Shown: piece after piece, positions 61,899 through 64,000 of the stretch
How positions within the stretch are numbered: the stretch's first letter is position 1
Layout: the number at the start of each line of letters is the position of its first letter
DNA from: an uncultured Bacteroidota bacterium
GTDB lineage: Bacteria; Bacteroidota; Ignavibacteria; UBA10030; UBA6906
Direction of reading: 5' to 3'
Length of the DNA: 64,000 nt
Assembly (NCBI GenBank): GCA_963714855.1
Contig: CAVQPT010000012.1
Location: 45 to 64,044, forward strand
Made by a program: the position numbers and the translations under genes
Notes under the pieces: model-generated
What the model was told of the DNA's origin: nothing
The model's database searches: none
What the model saw: the letters and a program-made list of their open reading frames with translations, nothing else

Positions 61899-64000
61899 AT
61901 GAACGTTAGTCTCGACGGGGACCGGCTCTCTGTGCATGCCGGCGGCAGGAACCGCCTCCGCGGCGGCATCCCCATCTTTGAAGAAGGCGCGGCGATCACC
62001 GGGCCGGCCTCGCTCGGCGGCACGGTCGCAAAGTTTCCCGCTGAAGGACACGACGTGGCGGTCGGGATGGCCGGGGCTTCCGATGCCGAAATCGTCACAT
62101 TCACTCTTTCACCCGGCGGCGCCCATTCACACACGGGCGATCATTTCCTGGGTCTCTTCTTCGAGACCATTACCGACCTGCGCACCGGCGTCACCCTCTG
62201 GCGTTACGCACCATGGAAATGCTGGACCAAACCGCTCCGCGTGACATCGCCCGGGGAGATGGAGGAAGACGACATCCAGTTCTTCTACTGGCAGCACGCC
62301 GACGGCATGTACGGGGCCGCGATCCCGCTCTGCGGGAAAGGATACCGCTCAACACTCGGCCGTGCCGGCAACCTGTTCGGTGCGAAGGCCCGTGCATTTG
62401 CCGATGGCGTGAACACGCAGGAGATCCCGCTGATGAGCGTGGGGTGGGGGAGCGATCCATACCAGCTCTTCCACGACCTCTACGCCGAAGGGTTGCGGCA
62501 GATGGGGCTGGACGAAAACCTCCGCGAGCGGAAGAAATTCCCTCCGGCGTTCGACTATCTCGGTGCGTGCTCCTGGAATGCGAGCGACACGGGAAAACTC
62601 CTGCGCGAGGATTTTCTCGTGGAGATGGCCGGCTCTCTCGCGGAGAAACATATCCCTGTCCGCTGGCTCCTGATCGACGACGGATGGATGGACAGCGACA
62701 ACGGACGGCTCAACGCGCTCGCTCCCGCACTCCTCGCGCTTCCCGCGCGGGTTCAAACCGGTGGTACGCGAGTTGCGGGAACGGTTCGGGATTCAGGATG
62801 TAGGAATCTGGTACGCGGCGAACGGGCACTGGAACGGCATCAACCCCGATTCACCGCTGGGGCGCGAATACAGGAGCGACCTCTACCTCTGGCAGCAGCG
62901 CGAGCGGCAGGATATGCCGGCTTCCCCGATGCAGACCAACCGGTTCCTGTTGCCCTCCTCACCCGGACTCCACAGCTTCTATACCGCATGGAACCGGTTC
63001 TTCCGGGAAGAAGGAATTACGTTCATCAAGGTCGACAACCAGTCGGTGACCGAGCGGATGACCGCGGGCCGGATTCCGCTGGACGACCTTGCGCGCGCCC
63101 TCCACGACGAAATCAACAACGCCGCGCTCGGCTCATTCGCCGGGGCATTGATCAACTGCATGGCCATGAGCCCGGAGGCCTTTTATCATTTCGGCAGGAC
63201 GGCCGTCGCACGGACTTCCGAAGACTACTTCGAGTATCATCCAGAGGAAGGGTACAACCTGCAGCGGGGAAACGCCGCGGCCCATGTGATGCAGGGGGTC
63301 TACAACTCGCTCTATTTTTCGCAGATGGTCTACACCGACCTCGACATGTTCCAGACGCACAACCCGAACGCCGTGTTTCATGCGCTGGCGAGGGCGCTCT
63401 CGGGGGGACCCGTCTACATTTCCGACAGGGTCGGCGAATCACAGCCGGAGATCCTCCGGCCGCTGCATTACGCTGACGGCCTCCTCATACGCACCGATGA
63501 GCCCCTTCTCCCCACGCGCGATTGCCTCTTTCAGATCCAGGATCCAGCGCTCTTCAAGGCGTTTTCGCGGAGCGGGGGTAAAGGACTCCTTGCCCTTTTC
63601 AATTGCGCCGACGCCGAGAGCGTGGAGGGAACCGTTTCGCCACGGGATGTGGAAGGGCTCCAAGGGGATGAGTTTGCGGTGTACGATCATTTCGGAAAAA
63701 CGCTCAGGATCATGCGCAGCGACGAGTCCATTCCCGTGCAGCTCGGTCGGCTGGGGTACGGGCTGTATGAAATCGCACCCCTGCGGCACGGGGCGCGCTG
63801 CTCGGCCTGATCGACAAGTACAATGCGCCGGGGACGGTGCTGAAAGAAGTTGTGGCTCCCGGTGCGATAAGGGGCGAAGTGCGGGAAGGGGGAGCGTTTG
63901 CAGCGGCGGTGAAGAAGCGTCCGCGCGCAGTGCGCATCGACGGCAAAGAGGCGTCGTATGTCCTGTTCGGCGTCTCTCCTGACGATGGAGGTTCCCGGTG
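61899..64000 (+). CDS. GH36 Sip1/raffinose-synthase-like alpha-galactosidase, 3'-partial; frameshifts near 62730 and 63800
   Basis: LGACSWNA, WLLIDDGW, WNGI, FIKVDNQS, INCMA, RTSEDYF, DLDMFQT, ARALSGGPVYISD, (L)LGLIDKYNAP. Confidence 0.85.

Overview
GC-rich bacterial chromosomal DNA, most likely from an Ignavibacteria-like member of the Bacteroidota/FCB group. This is inferred from four proteins with T9SS-type C-terminal sorting domains, a PorV-family gene, E. coli-like TTGACA-N17 promoters and Shine-Dalgarno sites. Many otherwise intact genes carry single-base frameshifts, which suggests an unpolished long-read or metagenome consensus. Layout: (1) 1-8545 is an accessory region with a TPR-CHAT protease, an AraC-type HTH, an alpha/beta-hydrolase lipoprotein plus a decayed copy, an IS5-family remnant and an FG-GAP T9SS protein. 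(2) 8570-53000 is a roughly 44 kb glycan-utilisation locus, probably LacI-controlled. It holds galK, an uptake module with no recognisable SusD (LamG-T9SS protein, two lipoproteins, TonB-dependent receptor, T9SS-CTD partner, dedicated PorV), three GH63-like enzymes, GH172/DUF2961, a GH-like/FGE fusion, a GDE-like enzyme, GH31, GH3, GH38, rbsD, an SSS symporter and three URO-D/MtaA-fold proteins. (3) An RHH-MazF toxin-antitoxin pair sits behind a triple 22-bp palindromic repeat. (4) A porin / FMN-binding protein / 4-TM His protein / Tat-ApbE / DCC flavinylation cluster follows. (5) The window ends with a GT-C glycosyltransferase, a GH5 mannanase and a GH36 alpha-galactosidase. The best candidates for under-described systems are the SusD-less TBDT + T9SS cargo + PorV module, the corrinoid-less URO-D-fold trio in a sugar locus, and the flavinylation cluster. 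All family assignments come from motif recognition by eye; no database searches were run.
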